Under the pieces are notes generated by a model. The model was not told the DNA's origin. It saw only the letters and a list, made by a program, of their open reading frames with translations, and made no database searches. DNA of 64,000 bases from an uncultured Methanolobus sp. (GTDB lineage Archaea; Halobacteriota; Methanosarcinia; Methanosarcinales; Methanosarcinaceae), in the NCBI GenBank assembly GCA_963675495.1, contig OY776215.1, positions 1,984,001-2,048,000 of the forward strand. The letters are read 5' to 3'. Positions 61,368 to 64,000 of the stretch are shown here, one piece after another; position 1 is the stretch's first letter, and every line of letters begins with the position of its first letter. Made by a program: the position numbers and the translations under genes.

Positions 61368-61895
61368 CTATTGCAAAGCATATTCGTATTTGATAATCTT
61401 ATCTGACCAGTAAAGTTCCTTCAAGAATAGTTACTACTTTTTGTAGTTTGGTATAACTGTGTTATTTTTCAAACAAAGGCTTTGAGATACTTTTGTAATA
61501 TTCAAAAAGTTCACTTCCCCACGCAATAGCATTTTCATCGGCACTGAGTAGTTCCCCATACTCATATTTACCGTTCTGATTGACCATTTTAAATAATAAA
61601 AGTCACCGTTACCACTATATTTATCATTAGTATGTCTTAATTAGAAATAACCACAATGAATGTGGTTATTGATCTGGGTTTATGGGATGCTCAAGCTTTG
61701 ACTGTGTTATTACAAGCACGCTGTAATATTGCAAGGACAATTGTACATTACCATATCTTTTCTATATTCATATGCAATAAACACATTGCACTCAGTTTAT
61801 GATATATAGCTTCTTTTTGTAGTAATTTTACCGATTGTTTTCACGTCCCATTTTCATTAGGAAGGTTGCAGAACTAGAGTAAAAAGGTAATTCCA

Positions 61896-62567
61896 ATGCT
61901 AAATAAGCAAGAGATTATTGCCAAGGCAAAAGAAGCTGTCATGAAATTTGATGACATGGCAGCAAAAGAAGTTGCTAAAAAAGCCCTTGATGCTGGTATT
62001 GATCCTGAGGAGCTAATTGAGCAAGGCTTCACAGCGGCGATGACAACTGTAGGTGAACAGTTTGCAGCAGGTAAATTATTCCTTCCACACGTTAGTGCAG
62101 CAGTCGATGCAATGCAGGCAGCAATTGAGATACTTTTACCTGAAATGGAAAAGACGGGTTCCACACCGAAATCCAGGGGTACAGTTGTTATTGGCACAAT
62201 TGAAGGTGATATCCATTCAATAGGAAAGGATATTGTTGTAACAGCGCTCAAGCTTGCAGGTTACAATGTTGTTGATCTTGGCAGGGATGTGCCTATAGAG
62301 AGCTATGTGAAAAAGGCAAAGGAAGTTAAAGCAGATGTGGTAGCCTCGTCAGCACTTATGACCATTACGATGATCAATCAGGGGCGTATAGAGGAGGAAC
62401 TCAAGGATGCAGGTTTCAGAAACAACGTCAAAACAATGGTTGGTGGTGCACCTGTAACTAAAGAGTGGGCTTACAATATTGGCGCCGACATCTATGCAGA
62501 GAATGCAGGAGATGCTGTGGACAAGATCACTGCATCGCTCAAGGATAAAAAAGTGTTGGATCTATAA
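61896..62567 (+). CDS. Methyltransferase cognate corrinoid protein, MttC-like
   Basis: LFLPHV, B12 motif EGDIHSIGK, DLGRDVP, SSALMT, VGGAPVT. Confidence 0.92.
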   Translation: MLNKQEIIAKAKEAVMKFDDMAAKEVAKKALDAGIDPEELIEQGFTAAMTTVGEQFAAGKLFLPHVSAAVDAMQAAIEILLPEMEKTGSTPKSRGTVVIGTIEGDIHSIGKDIVVTALKLAGYNVVDLGRDVPIESYVKKAKEVKADVVASSALMTITMINQGRIEEELKDAGFRNNVKTMVGGAPVTKEWAYNIGADIYAENAGDAVDKITASLKDKKVLDL

Positions 62568-62667
62568 TCAAGTTTCAGTACCATCAATAATTCAAAAAAT
62601 AGAATTTTATCCCAAACGACTACATGCTTGTAATATGAACTTGCAACGTATGCTTTTGCTTTAAGCC

Positions 62668-63999
62668 TTACATTCGTTTCCACCGGATGCCATCTTTCCT
62701 ATCCTCGATCACAATCCCCTTTTCTTTAAGTTCATCCCGGATTGCATCGGATTTTCCCCAGTCTTTCTCCTCACGCGCCTTTTCCCGGAGTCCTATCATT
62801 TCCATAATCTCTTCCTCTGACAGACCATTTGCAATATCTTTGGAAGCTGGTTTTTCATCCTCTGTAAATATTCCAAGCACTTCGTTGATCTCTGAATAGA
62901 ATTCCAGTATTTCTTCAAGTGATAAGCGGCCTGGTTTTTCACTGGAAATAATAGAATTGATCTTACGGGAGAATACAAAAATATTTCCAATTGCTTCTCT
63001 TGTGTTGAAATCATCATCCATGGAATTGATGAATGCATCCCTGGTTTTGCCTATTAGTTCTGAAAGGCCGTTATCATTTCCATCTTCATGGGCTTCTTTT
63101 AGGGCATGTTTTACGTTTGAGATCGTATTTAGTAACCTCTTTCTTGCCCTGCCAGCTTCTTCCAGGTTCTCCTCGCTGAAATCGATAGTACTCCTGTATT
63201 GTGTATAGGCTATGAAGAACCTTATAGTTCCGGGGGAGAATTTGCTAAGCACTTCTTTAATTGTGAAGAAATTACCAAGGGATTTCGACATTTTTTCTTT
63301 ATGGATGGTCAGAAACCCATTATGCAACCAGTACTTGCTGAATGGGTGCTTTGCGCTGCAGCTTTCAGACTGATGTATCTCTGCTTCATGATGCGGGAAA
63401 ATGAGGTCCATGCCTCCTCCGTGTATATCCAGTTGATCTGAACCGTATTTCATGGACATAACGGAACACTCGATGTGCCATCCCGGACGCCCCCATCCCC
63501 ATGGGCTTTCCCATCCAACTTCATTTTCAGAGACCGATTTCCAGAGTACAAAATCAAGCTGATACTTTTTATCGTCTTCTACATCAACCCTGTTCCCTGA
63601 GCCTTCTATAAGTCCTTCCACGGTCTGATGGCTCAGTATACCTATCTTGTCTTCAGATCTTGTCAGATTATAGTATACATTGCTTTTATGGGTTACGTAA
63701 GCTGTACCGTTTTCTATTAATGTTCCCACGGTTTCGATGATTTCTGGAATGTGTTCTGTGACTTTTGGCTGAGTGTCAGGAGCCAGCACTGAGAGAGTTT
63801 CCATGTCCTCTATGAAGGATTCAGTGAACTTGCGGGACAGGGCAAAGGCATCTTCTCCTGTTTCTCTTGCCCTGTTTATCAATTTATCATCGACATCTGT
63901 TATGTTGGAGATGTAATTGACAATGTATCCTCTGTAAATAAGGTATTTTCTTATAACATCAAAAGAAACGTAACTTCTTGCATGTCCTAGGTGGCAGTG
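62668..63999 (-). CDS. cysS: Cysteinyl-tRNA synthetase, 5'-truncated by the window edge
   Basis: Frame is open to the window end: HLGH, NITDVDDK, DFVLWK, GRPGWHIEC, HGGG, KMSKS. Confidence 0.97.
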   Translation of the reverse strand, partial: HCHLGHARSYVSFDVIRKYLIYRGYIVNYISNITDVDDKLINRARETGEDAFALSRKFTESFIEDMETLSVLAPDTQPKVTEHIPEIIETVGTLIENGTAYVTHKSNVYYNLTRSEDKIGILSHQTVEGLIEGSGNRVDVEDDKKYQLDFVLWKSVSENEVGWESPWGWGRPGWHIECSVMSMKYGSDQLDIHGGGMDLIFPHHEAEIHQSESCSAKHPFSKYWLHNGFLTIHKEKMSKSLGNFFTIKEVLSKFSPGTIRFFIAYTQYRSTIDFSEENLEEAGRARKRLLNTISNVKHALKEAHEDGNDNGLSELIGKTRDAFINSMDDDFNTREAIGNIFVFSRKINSIISSEKPGRLSLEEILEFYSEINEVLGIFTEDEKPASKDIANGLSEEEIMEMIGLREKAREEKDWGKSDAIRDELKEKGIVIEDRKDGIRWKRM

Positions 64000-64000
64000 G

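Overview
This is a chromosomal segment of a methylotrophic methanogenic archaeon of the Methanosarcinaceae, probably Methanolobus or Methanococcoides. That call is inferred from mer-fpoF, an MttC-like corrinoid protein, radA, cdc48, afpA and a PGF-CTERM multiheme cytochrome. About 60 CDSs are supported; most are housekeeping: mismatch repair, cobalamin synthesis and Co/Ni transport, purine synthesis, Fe-S assembly, phosphate transport and a split oxidative-stress cluster. No rRNA, tRNA, CRISPR array or transposase was recognised. The most unusual part is the first 6.4 kb: the 3' part of a metazoan-like thioester protein (alpha-2-macroglobulin family, GCGEQ plus a complement-C3-like His motif), then a PARIS-like ABC-ATPase/TOPRIM pair, a membrane protein and a lone SLATT gene. 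Other notable signals are a 32-bp element duplicated upstream of both mutS and mutL, a candidate twin-hairpin sRNA with GTGGGA loops, an IscU with Cys replaced by Asp, a P2 ATPase with a rewired ion site, and an ArsR-ArsM fusion divergent from an orphan corrinoid protein. All family calls come from motif recognition by eye, not from database searches.
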